Shown here piece after piece: positions 1 through 13,310 of a stretch of 64,000 nucleotides of DNA (position 1 is its first letter; each line of letters begins with the position of its first letter). The notes beneath the pieces were generated by a model. It was not told the DNA's origin. It did not search any database and worked only from the letters and a program-made list of their open reading frames with translations. The position numbers and the translations under genes were made by a program. Origin of the DNA: an uncultured Coriobacteriales bacterium (GTDB taxonomy: Bacteria > Actinomycetota > Coriobacteriia > Anaerosomatales > CAVXGS01); NCBI GenBank assembly GCA_963761535.1, contig CAVXGS010000002.1, positions 1,189,852 through 1,253,851 of the forward strand, given 5' to 3'.

Positions 1-575
1 ACGCTCCCAGCGACCTGCATCGCCCGCTCGAAGCTGCGGCCAAGGAACCAGCCGATCGCACACATGATCGAGGTGTAGGTGATCGCGCCGAGGAGCGTCC
101 ACAGCTCGAACCAGAACAGCCCCATGCGAGAGGCGCCCGCGACGACCGGCATGAAGTTCTTGAGCCCCCAGGCGAAGCGCGATACGAAGATCGTCTTCGA
201 GCCGTACTTGGTGAAGTACTCCTCGGCCTCGGCCATCGAGCCGCGGTGGATTCCGACGATCCGTCCGATGCGCGTCCCCTCTAGCCGCGTGCCGAGCGCA
301 TCGAGGGCTGCGCGTCCCTTGAGATGGCCGAAAAGGTAGCTGATGTTGCTGCCGAGGACGGTACCTACCACGGATGCGAACCACACAGCCGGCAGCGACA
401 GCCCGCCCTGGGCCGCGACGAACGCCGCCGCCATGACCACGGTCTCGCCGGGGGTCGCACTCCCGACCACAAACAGGTTCTCGAAGATCGTGATGCCGAA
501 GACGATCCAGTACCCGTAGGCCTCGAGCAGACCGACGATCCAGTCGATGATCGCGTTTCCGGTGGACGGGACCAT
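1..575 (-). CDS. DedA/VTT-domain family inner-membrane protein, partial (3' end lies beyond window start)
   Basis: Absent from ORF track (no stop inside window). Reverse translation from ATG at 575 reads MVPSTGNAIIDWIVGLLEAYGYWIVFGITIFENLFVVGSATPGETVVMAAAFVAAQGG...KYGSKTIFVSRFAWGLKNFMPVVAGASRM, the DedA/SNARE-associated pattern. Starts 9 nt after the nadC stop on the same strand. Confidence 0.7.
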   Translation of the reverse strand, partial: MVPSTGNAIIDWIVGLLEAYGYWIVFGITIFENLFVVGSATPGETVVMAAAFVAAQGGLSLPAVWFASVVGTVLGSNISYLFGHLKGRAALDALGTRLEGTRIGRIVGIHRGSMAEAEEYFTKYGSKTIFVSRFAWGLKNFMPVVAGASRMGLFWFELWTLLGAITYTSIMCAIGWFLGRSFERAMQVAGS

Positions 576-584
576 GGTCCGGCT

Positions 585-1491
585 CTATCCCTCGTCCAAG
601 CCCAGATCGAGCGGGTTCGCCAGCGTGATCGCGCTGGCCGAGACGCGGTCGAGCCCAAGCGTCCGCAGGGAAGCCAGGCGTTCGAACGTCACGTTGCCGC
701 TCGCTTCGAGCAGCACATGACGACCGCGCCTCCCCGAGGCTTCACGGCACGCCCTCACCGCCGAGGCGAGAAGCCCGTCGTCCATGTTGTCGAGCAGTAC
801 CAGGTCGGCTCCCGCTTCCACGGCCGCGACGGCGTCGGCAACATCGTCGGCCTCGATCTCCACCAGCAGCTCGGGGTGCTCCTGGCGTGCGCGCGCGACC
901 GCCTCGCGGCACACCGCCGGCGAGCCGTCGGTGGTTGTCCTTGACGAGCACCATATCGAACAGCCCCATGCGATGGTTGGTCGCACCACCCACGCCGACC
1001 GCGTACTTCGACAGCGCCCGAAACCGGGCCACGTCTTCCGCGTGTCGCAGACCGCGAGGCTCTCCCCTGCCGCTTGCTGCCAGCGTCGCGCCTCGGTGGC
1101 GATGCCGGAGAGCACCATCAGGAAGTCGAGTGCGGTTCGCTCGCCCGCGAGCACGGCGACCATCGGGCCCGACACCTCGGCAACCGCGAGCGCCGGCGCT
1201 CACCGCGCTCCCCTCGGGGACCAGCGGGAAGACCTCGACGGCGTCCGGCAAGCCGGCCGCCGTGCAGAGCGCATCGTAGACGGCGGCGACCACCGGCATG
1301 CCGCAGATGACTCCGCCTCGCCGGGCGCGCACGTGCCCCGCGAAGTGCGTCTCGGGAGGGACGAGCGACCACGTGGTGACGTCGCGGGCAAGGACGTCGG
1401 GGAGTCCGGGCGGGTCCGAGGCGAACCACGCAGGGTCGACGCCGAGGTCCTCGGCAAGTGCGAGCGCGATGATCTCGCCGCTGTCGGGCAT
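585..1491 (-). pseudogene. nadC: quinolinate phosphoribosyltransferase NadC, reading frame broken three times (true pseudogene or consensus indels)
   Basis: NadC-like segments alternate between two minus frames. [17 protein letters not shown]...[14 protein letters not shown] and [31 protein letters not shown] lie in the frame of ORF 742..1617. [30 protein letters not shown]...DTRKT and [23 protein letters not shown]...LLDNM...LEASGNVT lie in the frame of ORF 585..1175. Junctions are near 1185-1200, 1017-1021 and 905-940. Length 907 nt is not a multiple of 3. Confidence 0.8.
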
Positions 1492-1505
1492 CTCGAACAA
1501 TCCGC

Positions 1506-3158
1506 TCACCCGCCTTCGCCTACGGCGATCGATCGGGTACTGCCGTCCCGACGCCACGCGAGGCGGCGACGCCACGCGGCATCGTCGCGCTCGGGGAAGT
1601 CGAGTCGGCTGTGGCACCCGCGGGACTCGGTGCGCGCGTCGGCGGCGAGCGCGATCAGTGCGGAGACGGTCGCCAGGTTCACGGCCTCGAGCGACCGGGG
1701 GTCTCGCTCGGCGGGAGTGACGCGCTCGGCGACCTGATCGATGATCGCCAGGGCCTCCTTGAGGCCGGCATCATCACGCGACATCGATACGTGCTGGGAC
1801 ATCTCGGCGTGGAGTATGTGCAGGGCGTTCTCGCGATCGGCGGCGTCCGCGGCGGCAGGTGAGGTGGTCGCGGCCGCGGCGGCGGGGTTCGATCGCAAGG
1901 CGGGGTCATGGACGTCGTGCTCGGCACCAGGTCCGGGGCGGTCCTCGTCGATGGCGCGGGCGATCCGCCGGGACAGCACGAGTCCCTCGAGCAGCGAGTT
2001 GCTCGCAAGGCGGTTCGCGCCGTGCAGGCCGCTCGCAGCACACTCGCCACTGGCGTAGAGGCCGGGAATCGAGGTGCGGCCGTCGACGTCGATGAGCACC
2101 CCGCCGATCAGGTAGTGCGCGGCCGGGGCCACCGGCACGAGGTCGTGGGTGAGGTCGTATCCCGCGTCCGCGCATGCGGCGACGATGGTGGGGAACCGCG
2201 CCTTGAGGTAGTCGTCACCCAGATGCCGTGCGTCGAGCCATACGCTGTTCCGCCCGCACTGCTGCATGACGCGCTCGATCTCCCGAGACACCACGTCTCG
2301 AGGGGCGAGCTCGGCGAGCGGATGCACGTCGGGCATGAACCGTTGCTCGTTGCAGTCGAGCAGGTACGCTCCCTCGCCTCTCAGCGCTTCCGTGATCAGG
2401 AATCGGGGGCGCCGCTCGTGATCGAGCGCGGTGGGATGGAACTGGACGAACTCCATGTCGGCGATCTCGGCACCAGCGCGCCACGCTGCTGCCACCCCGT
2501 CGCCGGTGGCCACGATCGGGTTGGTGGTGACGCGATACGCCTGGCCCGCGCCTCCGGAGGCGAGCACGACTGCCCCGCAGCGCACGGAGACCACGTCACC
2601 GTGGCGGGTGTCCATCACCGCGGCGCCGACGCACGGGCCGCCGTCGGTATCGGTGAGCAGATCGACCAGGAACGCCCGCTCCCACACCTCTATGCCGATG
2701 GCAGCGCGGGTGGCGTACGTGAGCGCTCTCAGGATCGCCGCACCGGTCGCGTCGCCCGAGTGCAGGACGCGAGGGAGCGAGTGGCCGCCTTCGAGAGCGA
2801 GCGCCACCTCGCCACCCTCGGCGAGGTCGAAGCGCATCCCGCGGGCCTGCAGCGCTGCGAGAGCCTCGGGCGCCTCCTCGATCACGGCGCGCACGACTCG
2901 CTCGTCGCACAGGCCCTGCCCCACCACGAGCGTGTCGGCGATGTGCAGCTCGACGCTGTCGGCCTCGCCGACGGCGCCCGCGATGCCGCCCTGCGCGTAC
3001 CACGTGCTGGTCTCGGCGAGGACGTCCTTGGTCACGACGATCACCGAGAGTCCCGCGTCCGCGAGCTTGAGCGCTGCGGTCAGCCCGGCGATCCCGCTTC
3101 CGATCACCAGCACGTCGGTGAGCCTGAATGCGTCGAACGCGGGCACGCTGCCGAGCAC
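1506..3158 (-). CDS. nadB: L-aspartate oxidase
   Basis: Part of ORF 1506..3623. Has the FAD-binding N-terminus [19 protein letters not shown], then [15 protein letters not shown] and [28 protein letters not shown]. Start set at GTG 3158 ([22 protein letters not shown]) because the upstream part of the ORF overlaps nadA out of frame. Confidence 0.9.
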   Translation of the reverse strand: MLGSVPAFDAFRLTDVLVIGSGIAGLTAALKLADAGLSVIVVTKDVLAETSTWYAQGGIAGAVGEADSVELHIADTLVVGQGLCDERVVRAVIEEAPEALAALQARGMRFDLAEGGEVALALEGGHSLPRVLHSGDATGAAILRALTYATRAAIGIEVWERAFLVDLLTDTDGGPCVGAAVMDTRHGDVVSVRCGAVVLASGGAGQAYRVTTNPIVATGDGVAAAWRAGAEIADMEFVQFHPTALDHERRPRFLITEALRGEGAYLLDCNEQRFMPDVHPLAELAPRDVVSREIERVMQQCGRNSVWLDARHLGDDYLKARFPTIVAACADAGYDLTHDLVPVAPAAHYLIGGVLIDVDGRTSIPGLYASGECAASGLHGANRLASNSLLEGLVLSRRIARAIDEDRPGPGAEHDVHDPALRSNPAAAAATTSPAAADAADRENALHILHAEMSQHVSMSRDDAGLKEALAIIDQVAERVTPAERDPRSLEAVNLATVSALIALAADARTESRGCHSRLDFPERDDAAWRRRLAWRRDGSTRSIAVGEGG

Positions 3159-3211
3159 CCACCGCTGCGAGAGTGCGGGAGGAACGCTCGCGAGCGCCTG
3201 ACGAAACGCCG

Positions 3212-4140
<929 letters not shown>

Positions 4141-4144
<4 letters not shown>

Positions 4145-5044
4145 TGCCGAGCCACACCGCCCTCCGCTCCAGACACCGTGCCCGCGGCCGTCTCCCGCAA
4201 GGGCGCGATCTCGCAGTTGTCGATCAGCCGCGTGCCACCGACTCTACCCGCGACGATCGCCCGGGCGACCTCCGCGAGCGCCGAGACCGGCTCGAGAGTC
4301 GCGGCATCCACGATCTCGGCGTAGTCGAGCGCGACGCCGCGCTCCTCGGCCGCCTCGCGCATCGCTGCCCGGAGCGCACCGGCGTCGGTCTCGCCCCAGG
4401 CAGCCGCGTGCACCGCCGCTTCGAGCGCCTCGGGAATACCGCGCGCGGCCACTCGCTCCTCGGCGGAGAGGAAAGCGTTGCGGCTCGACAGGGCGAGCCC
4501 GTCGGCGTCACGGACGGTGGGGACGCGGACCACTCCGACGCCCAGATCGAGGTCGGAGACGAGCTTCTCGACGACGAGCAGCTGCTGGTAGTCCTTCTCG
4601 CCGAAGAAGGTCAGGTCGGGGCGCACCGTGTTCAGAAGCTTGGTGACGATGGTGGCGACGCCGTCGAAATGGCCGGGGCGGATCTCGCCCTCCCATCGCC
4701 AGCGCGAGGCGACCCGGATCCACGGTGACGAGCGGATCGGGGCCGTACATCACCTCAGGCGTGGGTGCGAACACGATCTCGACGTTCTCGGCGGCCAGAA
4801 GCTCACAGTCGCGGTCGAGGTCGCGCGGATACCGATCGAAGTCCTCGCCTGGGGCGAACTGGGTGGGGTTCACGAAGACGGAGACGACGACGAATCGGGT
4901 CCGCGCGCACGCGGCCCTCACGAGCGCAAGGTGGCCTTCGTGCAGCGCTCCCATCGTCGGCACGAACCCGACGGTCTTGCCTTCGCGACGGGCCGCTCCG
5001 ACCGCGGAACGGATCTCGGCCTTGCTGGCGACGCGCTCGATCAC
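4141..5044 (-). pseudogene. panC: pantoate--beta-alanine ligase PanC with one frame break (probable 1-nt insertion)
   Basis: N-terminal half is in ORF 4508..5044 ([17 protein letters not shown]...[10 protein letters not shown]). The C-terminal half, starting [36 protein letters not shown], is in ORF 4141..4626. Junction near 4690-4705. Total length 904 nt (3n+1). Confidence 0.85.
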
Positions 5045-5053
5045 TGCTGTGCG

Positions 5054-5950
5054 CTACCTCCCACCGGACCGCTTGGGGCGGCGTCCGTCGAGCGAACGGC
5101 GCACCTCGGAGATCGCCGCCGCGTCCATGTGAGTCGACTGTGCTTCTCCGGGGAACTCGCCGTCGCGCACCTCGTCGGCGTACGCGCTCACCGCTTCGCG
5201 AACCAGCGCGCCGACATCGGCATAGCGCTTCGCGTGGCGCGGCACGAACTCCCCGCCAAGACCGAGGAGATCGTGGAATACCTGTACCTGGCCGTCGCAC
5301 CCCCCGCCCGCACCGATACCGATCGTGGGCACGTGCAGCTCGGCGGTGACCATCTCGGCGAGCTCGACCGGTATGCACTCGAGCACGATCGCGAACACGC
5401 CGGCATCCTGAAGCGCCTCCGCATCGTCGACGAGCCGCATCGCCTGCGCGGCCTGCTTCGCCTGGACCTTGTAGCCGCCCATGGCGTTGACCGACTGCGG
5501 CGTGAGCCCGAGATGGCCCATGACGGGGATCCCCGCCGAGACGATCCGGCGCACGGTCTGGGCGACATCCGCCCCGCCTTCGAGCTTGACCGCCTGCGCG
5601 TGACCCTCTGCCACGAGCCTCCCGGCATTGCGCACGGCATCGTCGATGCTCGCCTGGTAGCTCATGAACGGCATGTCGGCGACGATGAGCGACCGCGTCG
5701 CACCGCGCGAGACCGCCGCGGTCGCGCTGACCATGTCGTCCATCGTGACGGGGAGGGTCGAGTCGTAGCCGAGCATGGTCATGCCCAGCGAGTCGCCGAC
5801 GAGAATGGCGTCGACGCCGGCGGTGTCGACCAGCCGGGCGGATGACGCGTCGTACGCCGTCACCATCACGATGGGACGCCGAGACGCCTTCATGGCCTGG
5901 AGCATGGGTGCGGTGACGCGGGGCATCTGCCCGCCCGGTGCAGCGCTCAT
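5054..5950 (-). CDS. panB: 3-methyl-2-oxobutanoate hydroxymethyltransferase
   Basis: Carries IVMVTAYDASSARLVDTAGVDAILVGDSLGM, ADMPFMSY, VKLEGG, PVMGHLGLTPQS and AIVLECIP. Start ATG 5950 is preceded by GAAGGAGA. Confidence 0.9.
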   Translation of the reverse strand: MSAAPGGQMPRVTAPMLQAMKASRRPIVMVTAYDASSARLVDTAGVDAILVGDSLGMTMLGYDSTLPVTMDDMVSATAAVSRGATRSLIVADMPFMSYQASIDDAVRNAGRLVAEGHAQAVKLEGGADVAQTVRRIVSAGIPVMGHLGLTPQSVNAMGGYKVQAKQAAQAMRLVDDAEALQDAGVFAIVLECIPVELAEMVTAELHVPTIGIGAGGGCDGQVQVFHDLLGLGGEFVPRHAKRYADVGALVREAVSAYADEVRDGEFPGEAQSTHMDAAAISEVRRSLDGRRPKRSGGR

Positions 5951-6082
5951 GATGCTCTCCTTCTCGGTTCCGCCGTCGCAGCTCGGCCCGGTAGCCGAGT
6001 CCACGCAGCGCCTCCGACCTGTCGAGGGACAGCAAGTATACACCCCGGCACGGGGTGCTCCGACATCATTCCGAATGGCTTG

Positions 6083-6435
6083 CTACCTGCCGTTTTCCGG
6101 CTCGCCCGGCAGCTCGGGGCCAGACGTCGGACCCGCCCTCGTCGACGACGGGCGATTCCGCGAGCTCCTCGGCAAGAGCCGATGCCTCGGCGTAGCGCTC
6201 CTCGGGCACGTAGAGACCGACCCCGGTGAACCCCTCGCGACCCACGCCCATCCCCTCTCCGGGACGATGTGGGAGGAACTGGCACCGGATATGCGTGGTC
6301 GGCAAGCACCTGCTCGAGCAGCAGCAGGCTGAAGTCGGTCGAGATGAACCCGGGGCCCTCCATGCGGCCCTCGCCCACCCGTTTCCAGCCCTCGATCTCC
6401 GGGAACGGCGGGCCACTACTGAACCACGAGAACAT
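6083..6435 (-). pseudogene. small hypothetical protein resembling the DUF2007-like C-terminal module of the adjacent FolK; apparently two frame breaks
   Basis: ATG 6435 has GAGGAAGG 9 nt upstream. It reads MFSWFSSGPPFPEIEGWKRVGEGRMEGPGFISTDFSLLLLEQVLADHAYPVPVPP, then continues in a second frame (PGEGMGVGREGFTGVGLYVPEERYAEASALAEELAESPVVDEGGSDVW) and a third (PELPGEPENGR, stop 6083). The last junction is at a GGGG run, 6116-6119. Reconstruction is tentative. Confidence 0.3.
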
Positions 6436-6467
6436 GCCGGCAGCCTTCCTCGTCGAGACCGGCAGGT

Positions 6468-7325
6468 CTACTGCTCGTCGGCAGCGTCGCGGGCGCGGTC
6501 TCGCTCGACCGGGTCCTCGGGCTCGGCCTCGATCGCGAACTCGACCTCCTCGTCGAGCACGGGGCTGGCGGCGGCGACGTCGGCGAGCAGCGCGCGGGCG
6601 CGCTCCTCGGCCAGGCACGGCACGAGCAGCCGCAGCGTGACGCCCAGGCCCCACGGGTTCGTGCCCTCGGCGGGATTCCAGGGGTCCCACGCGATGGGGA
6701 TCCCCTCCTCCTGCAGGAGCGAGGCCTGGTACATGATGCCGAAGTCGGGGCTTGCGACCGCCGGTGTCGCCTCGGTGGTCTCGGCAACCGCGACCCAGTC
6801 CATGTCGCCGACGGGCCGGTTGTGCTCGGCGCCCTCGTCGACGATGGGTCCGAGATCGCGAACGATGCGGCCTAGGACGGCGTCGGCCTCGACGACCGGC
6901 GAGCCGTCGGGCCAGGTGATGTCGGGAGCGATGCACAGCAGGGGCTTCACGACGAAAGCGCGCTCGGCGGCCCGAGGGTGCGGGATCGTGAGCTCTTCGC
7001 TCGTCATCTGGTCGGTGCCGAACAGCACGACATCCAGATCGATCGGGCGGGGTGCGTTGCGGGGAGAGCTCTCGTCGCGCCCCATCGCACGCTCGATGTC
7101 CTCGATCGCCTCGAGCAGCTGGAAGGGCGTGAGGCTGGTGGACACCTCCACGACCGCGTTCGCGTAGAGCGGCGCGTTCGGGTCCGGCCACGGCTCGGTC
7201 TCGTAGGCGTGCGACACGGCCTCGACGTGCGTCGCCTCCACGTCGGAAAGCCGATCGATCGCCTCGGCGAGGTTCGCCATTCGGTCACCCAGGTTGCTGC
7301 CGATGCTGATGTAGACACCGTCCAT
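6468..7325 (-). CDS. folK: 2-amino-4-hydroxy-6-hydroxymethyldihydropteridine diphosphokinase (HPPK) fused to a ~110-aa DUF2007-like C-terminal domain
   Basis: N-terminal ~160 aa: YISIGSNLGDR...ETEPW...RPIDLDVVLFG...LTIPHPRAAERAFVVKPL. The C-terminal part, DWVAVAETTE...MYQASLLQEEGIPIAWDPW...LRLLVPCLAEERARALL, is not part of canonical FolK. Confidence 0.8.
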   Translation of the reverse strand: MDGVYISIGSNLGDRMANLAEAIDRLSDVEATHVEAVSHAYETEPWPDPNAPLYANAVVEVSTSLTPFQLLEAIEDIERAMGRDESSPRNAPRPIDLDVVLFGTDQMTSEELTIPHPRAAERAFVVKPLLCIAPDITWPDGSPVVEADAVLGRIVRDLGPIVDEGAEHNRPVGDMDWVAVAETTEATPAVASPDFGIMYQASLLQEEGIPIAWDPWNPAEGTNPWGLGVTLRLLVPCLAEERARALLADVAAASPVLDEEVEFAIEAEPEDPVERDRARDAADEQ

Positions 7326-7472
7326 GTCAGAAGCTCCCTTCGTCTCACCTCTATCGTTGCCGAGCAGCGACAGACCCTAACCAGCGAGCACGTGGCGGCG
7401 GTGCCGCTCGGCGACCACCCACCACCACCTGCCGTACTCGTTCTGATGCTTGCGGGTTCGCCGATATTCGTC

Positions 7473-7481
7473 TGTTAGAAT
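7473..7481 (+). promoter_or_regulatory. candidate extended -10 promoter element (TGtTAGAAT) for hppA
   Basis: TGTTAGAAT lies 69 nt upstream of the hppA ATG, in the divergent folK/hppA intergenic region. GGAGGG sits 5 nt before the ATG. No experimental support. Confidence 0.35.
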
Positions 7482-7549
7482 GACCGCGTCTTTGGGAGGG
7501 GCGCGGCGTCTCGTTCGGGGTGCCCGTCTTCGTCTGACGTGGAGGGAAC

Positions 7550-9688
<2,139 letters not shown>

Positions 9689-9728
9689 GCACTGCTCCTG
9701 CGGCTCACCGCAGGCATCGGAGACACGA

Positions 9729-9756
9729 GAGGCCCCGGCATCGCCGGGGCCTCTTT
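9729..9756 (+). terminator. rho-independent terminator after hppA
   Basis: GAGGCCCCGG-catcg-CCGGGGCCTC (10-bp perfect stem) followed by TTT, 41 nt after the hppA stop. A smaller hairpin, CCTGCGG-ctca-CCGCAGG, lies at 9697-9714. Confidence 0.7.
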
Positions 9757-9836
9757 GCGTGGACGCGGCGCCAGTCGCGGCGTAGAGTCCAGCTGGCAAC
9801 GAGAGCGTATCGCTCGACTTTGAGGGGAGTCGCGAT

Positions 9837-10214
9837 ATGGTGCGGAGACTCGTACTTCTCGTGCTCGCATGCGCGCTTGTGCTCGTGGTGGGGGGATGTT
9901 CGTCGAAGACCACGCCGCAAGACACCGCCGAGACGAGCACTCAGAAGACACCGGCGAGCAACATCGCCACGAAGAGCGGCGAGGGGTCCCTGCCTCAGAC
10001 CGATCAGGTGAAGGTCCCCGACGAGGTCGGGTTCGGGATGACCACGGCACGCATGAACTTGGCCGAAAGCCACCTGACCTTCGAGATCAAGGCAGAACCG
10101 CCTGGCGCAGATCTGCCCATGGACAACACCGTGGTCGTCGTCGCCCAGGACCCGCCGGCGGGAACCTTGGTCGACAGCGGCAGCACGGTGGTGCTCACGA
10201 TCAAGAAGAAGTGA
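9837..10214 (+). CDS. lipoprotein with a single PASTA-like domain
   Basis: Signal peptide plus lipobox (LVLVVGGCSS), low-complexity linker, then VKVPDEVGFGMTTARMNLAESHLTFEIKA...VVAQDPPAGTLVDSGSTVVLTIKK, which resembles a PASTA repeat. Confidence 0.55.
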   Translation: MVRRLVLLVLACALVLVVGGCSSKTTPQDTAETSTQKTPASNIATKSGEGSLPQTDQVKVPDEVGFGMTTARMNLAESHLTFEIKAEPPGADLPMDNTVVVVAQDPPAGTLVDSGSTVVLTIKKK

Positions 10215-10247
10215 TCGGAGCCGCACTCGGCCGCTCCACATTGGGAC

Positions 10248-11102
10248 TCAGCGGTCGACTCGTCCGCCTGCTGCCTCGATCGCGCTCCACACCGACACGG
10301 CCTCGACCGTCTCGGCGACGTCGTGAACGCGGAGCACGTGCGCACCGGCTTGGAGCGCAGCGATCCCCGCGGCAAGCGAGCCGGCGAGACGGTCCGCCGG
10401 CGTCTCGATGCCGGTGAGCGCGCCGATGAACCGCTTGCGCGAGACGCCAACGACGACCGGGTAGCCCAGCTCCGAGATCTCATCGACCCGCGCGAGCAGC
10501 TCGAGGTTGTGCTCGAGCGTCTTGCCGAACCCGATGCCGGGATCGACTGCGATCCGCTCCGGCGCGACCCCTGCGTCGACCAGACTCGCCGCCTGACCGG
10601 CGAGGTAGTCGACGACCTCGCTCACCACGTCTTCGTAGCGCGGGTCGTCCTGCATCGTCCCCGGCTCGCCGAGCATGTGCATGACCACCACACCGGCATT
10701 CGACTCCGCGACCACCGCGACCATCTCGGGGTCGCGAAAGCCGCTCACGTCGTTCACGATCGTCGCCCCCGTTTCGATCGCGGCGCGGGCGACGGGAGCG
10801 CGGCGGGTGTCGATCGAGACAGGCACGGGCAGCGTCGCCAGTGCGGAGATCACCGGGATCACCCGCTCCAGCTCCTCGGCAACGTCGACCGGTGCGGATC
10901 CCGGGCGCGTCGATTCGCCGCCAACGTCGAGGATCGCGGCGCCCTGCTCGGCGAGCGCCCGTCCCCATGCGATCGCGCTGTCTGCGTCGGCGTGGGCTCC
11001 TCCATCCGAGAACGAATCCGGGGTGACGTTCACGATCCCCATCACGAGGGGGCGGTCGAGTGCGAGGACGAACGAACCGCAGTTCCACATCCGAGCCGAC
11101 AT
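10248..11102 (-). CDS. folP: dihydropteroate synthase
   Basis: VMGIVNVTPDSFSDGG, ILDVGGESTRPG, VSIDT, IVNDVSG, DPGIGFGKT and GVSRKRF. Start ATG 11102 (MSARMW); the alternative is 11090. Confidence 0.9.
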   Translation of the reverse strand: MSARMWNCGSFVLALDRPLVMGIVNVTPDSFSDGGAHADADSAIAWGRALAEQGAAILDVGGESTRPGSAPVDVAEELERVIPVISALATLPVPVSIDTRRAPVARAAIETGATIVNDVSGFRDPEMVAVVAESNAGVVVMHMLGEPGTMQDDPRYEDVVSEVVDYLAGQAASLVDAGVAPERIAVDPGIGFGKTLEHNLELLARVDEISELGYPVVVGVSRKRFIGALTGIETPADRLAGSLAAGIAALQAGAHVLRVHDVAETVEAVSVWSAIEAAGGRVDR

Positions 11103-11160
11103 CGATGCCCCTTCTATCGCCGAGGCGCACGGTGGCGCCGGCAGTAGTATAGGGGTGACG

Positions 11161-12720
11161 ATGCCCAGCTCGGACGACATGGCAGCACCTCGAGCCCTAC
11201 GCACCGCGGCCGACGAAGGCACCGGGGCGCCGAACGGCGGCGACTCGGACCTGGCTCGTGCGCTCGAGGCGCTGCGCGCGCTCGCTACCGATGAGGGCCG
11301 GCGGGCGTGGGTCGTCGGCGGCACGGTGCGCGACCTGTTGCTGGGACTGCCCGCCCGCGATCTCGACGTCGCCGTCACGGGCGACTCACTGGCGCTGGCC
11401 CGCATGCTCGCCGATTCGCAGGGCTGGTCGTTCGTGGCACTCGACCGCGAACGCGGCACCGGACGGGTCGTCACCGAGCACGGGTACGAGATCGACATCA
11501 ACGCGCTGGCCGGCGGCAGCATCGAGGAGGACCTCGGCCGCCGAGACATCACCGTGAACGCGCTCGCCGTTCCGCTCGAAGTGATGCCGACCACCGAGGC
11601 CGCGCCGCCGCTCGACGCAGCCCTCGTGCTCGATCCGTTCGGAGGAGTCGACGACCTCGACTATCAGCTCGTCCGGCTCGTCTCGGCGACGGCGATCGTC
11701 GACGACCCGCTTCGCGCACTACGCGTGTTCCGGTTCTCGACCCAGCTCGGCTTCATCATCGAACCCGACACGCTCGCGGCAGTCCGCGAGCACGCCCCCC
11801 TCCTGGCGCAAGTCGCGACCGAGCGCGTCACGGTCGAACTCGCCGAGATCCTCCGCGATACCTGCTCTGCCGCGGTGCTGCGGCGCATGGACGAAGTGGG
11901 GTTGCTCGGCGTCGCGCTGCCCGAGCTCGAGCCTGGACGCGGCATCACGCAGAACGAGTACCACCACCTGGACGTGCTCGATCACAGCCTGCTCGCGCTC
12001 GACCGCCTCGAGCGGCTGCTCGGCGATCTCGAGTCGGTGTTCGGCAGCCACGCGGACGAGGTCGCGGGCTACCTCTCCCGCACGCTCGCGGCGCAGCGCC
12101 CCCGGCTGTTCTCGGTGAAGCTCGCCACGCTGCTCCACGACGCAGGCAAACCCCCCACGCGATCGACCGATCACGGGCACGTGACCTTCTACCAGCACAA
12201 CGTTGAGGGAGCGGACATCGGCCGGGACCTCGCGCGCCGATTGCGGCTCTCCTCTGCGGAGACGGAGGAGATCGCCTACTACGTGCACGGCCACATGGTG
12301 CCGGGCGACGTCGAGAAGACGGCGTTCGAGGCGGACGCCGGGGCGGCGCGGCGCGCTGTCACGCGGTACGCCACTCGGCGCGGGGAGGCCGGACTCGTGC
12401 TCGCGCTGATGGCGGTTGCCGACTCGATGGCGATGTCGGGGCCGCTCGCCGACCCCGAACGCCCCCAGCGGCTGCGCGAGTTCGCCTGCCGGGCGGCAGC
12501 GGCATTCTACGGCGACGTCCGGCCACGCATCGACCATCCCGCGCTGCTCGACGGTGCCGAACTCATGCGGCGCTTCGGGCTCGAAGAGGGACCGCAGGTG
12601 GGCCGGGTGCTTGCGCGGCTCCGCGAGCTGCAGCTCGAGGGCCGCATCGTCACGCGCGAAGACGCGCTGGCGGAAGCCGCGCGGCTGCTCGCCGCGCCCG
12701 GAAACGCTAGCGCTGGTTGA
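11161..12720 (+). CDS. cca: CCA-adding tRNA nucleotidyltransferase / poly(A) polymerase-family protein with HD domain
   Basis: Nucleotidyltransferase head [23 protein letters not shown], then RDITVNAL and HD-type motifs [10 protein letters not shown] and LLHDAGKP. Start ATG 11161 inside ORF 10675..12720. Confidence 0.75.
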   Translation: MPSSDDMAAPRALRTAADEGTGAPNGGDSDLARALEALRALATDEGRRAWVVGGTVRDLLLGLPARDLDVAVTGDSLALARMLADSQGWSFVALDRERGTGRVVTEHGYEIDINALAGGSIEEDLGRRDITVNALAVPLEVMPTTEAAPPLDAALVLDPFGGVDDLDYQLVRLVSATAIVDDPLRALRVFRFSTQLGFIIEPDTLAAVREHAPLLAQVATERVTVELAEILRDTCSAAVLRRMDEVGLLGVALPELEPGRGITQNEYHHLDVLDHSLLALDRLERLLGDLESVFGSHADEVAGYLSRTLAAQRPRLFSVKLATLLHDAGKPPTRSTDHGHVTFYQHNVEGADIGRDLARRLRLSSAETEEIAYYVHGHMVPGDVEKTAFEADAGAARRAVTRYATRRGEAGLVLALMAVADSMAMSGPLADPERPQRLREFACRAAAAFYGDVRPRIDHPALLDGAELMRRFGLEEGPQVGRVLARLRELQLEGRIVTREDALAEAARLLAAPGNASAG

Positions 12721-13270
12721 TCAGCGACATCGCCTCGGCGCGCGTCCGGGCGTCCTCCCGGAACTGCCCCCGCACCGCCGAGGTGACCGTCTTCGACCCG
12801 GGCTTGCGCACCCCCCGCATCGACATGCACAGATGCTCCGCCTCGATCACCACGAGCACGCCGGACGGATCCAAGTGCTCGACCAGGGTGTCGGCGATCT
12901 GAGACGTCATCCGCTCCTGCACCTGGGGCCGCTTGGCGAACACCTCGACCACGCGCGCCAACTTCGAAAGCCCGCAAATGCGGCCGTGCTTGCCCGGCAC
13001 GTAGGCGACGTGCGCCTTCCCGATGAACGGCACGAGGTGGTGCTCGCACACCGAGTAGAGCGGGATGTCCTTCACGAGCACCATCTCCTGGTGCCCCTCG
13101 TCGAAGGTCACGCCGAAGTGCTCGGCGGGGTCCTCGGAAAGGCCCGCGAAGATCTCCTCGTACATGTCGGCGACACGCCGCGGCGTCTGCAGCAGGCCCT
13201 CGCGAGACGGGTCCTCACCGATGCCGTCGATGATGAGCCGGACGCCGGCTTCGATCTTGTCGCGATCCAC
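12707..13270 (-). CDS. folE: GTP cyclohydrolase I
   Basis: [51 protein letters not shown] and [15 protein letters not shown] start 13270 is preceded by GAGGAG. The 3' end overlaps cca convergently by 14 nt. Confidence 0.9.
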   Translation of the reverse strand: MDRDKIEAGVRLIIDGIGEDPSREGLLQTPRRVADMYEEIFAGLSEDPAEHFGVTFDEGHQEMVLVKDIPLYSVCEHHLVPFIGKAHVAYVPGKHGRICGLSKLARVVEVFAKRPQVQERMTSQIADTLVEHLDPSGVLVVIEAEHLCMSMRGVRKPGSKTVTSAVRGQFREDARTRAEAMSLINQR

Positions 13271-13290
13271 GTGTGACTCCTCGTTCCGCT

Positions 13291-13310
13291 TCGGTGGCGA
13301 TCGGTGGCGA
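13291..13310. repeat. tandem decamer TCGGTGGCGA x2 (plus a degenerate third copy) just upstream of folE
   Basis: tcggtggcga tcggtggcga tcgtgccga read directly at 13291-13319, about 20 nt upstream of the folE start codon. Confidence 0.6.

Noticed and set aside
5947-7191. 414-aa minus-strand ORF overlapping folK and the small downstream ORF
   Set aside because: It is mostly out-of-frame read-through, extremely Arg/Gly-rich. Only the segment from ATG 6435 (MFSWFSSGPPFPEIEGW...) looks coding, and that is treated as part of the small frame-broken gene.
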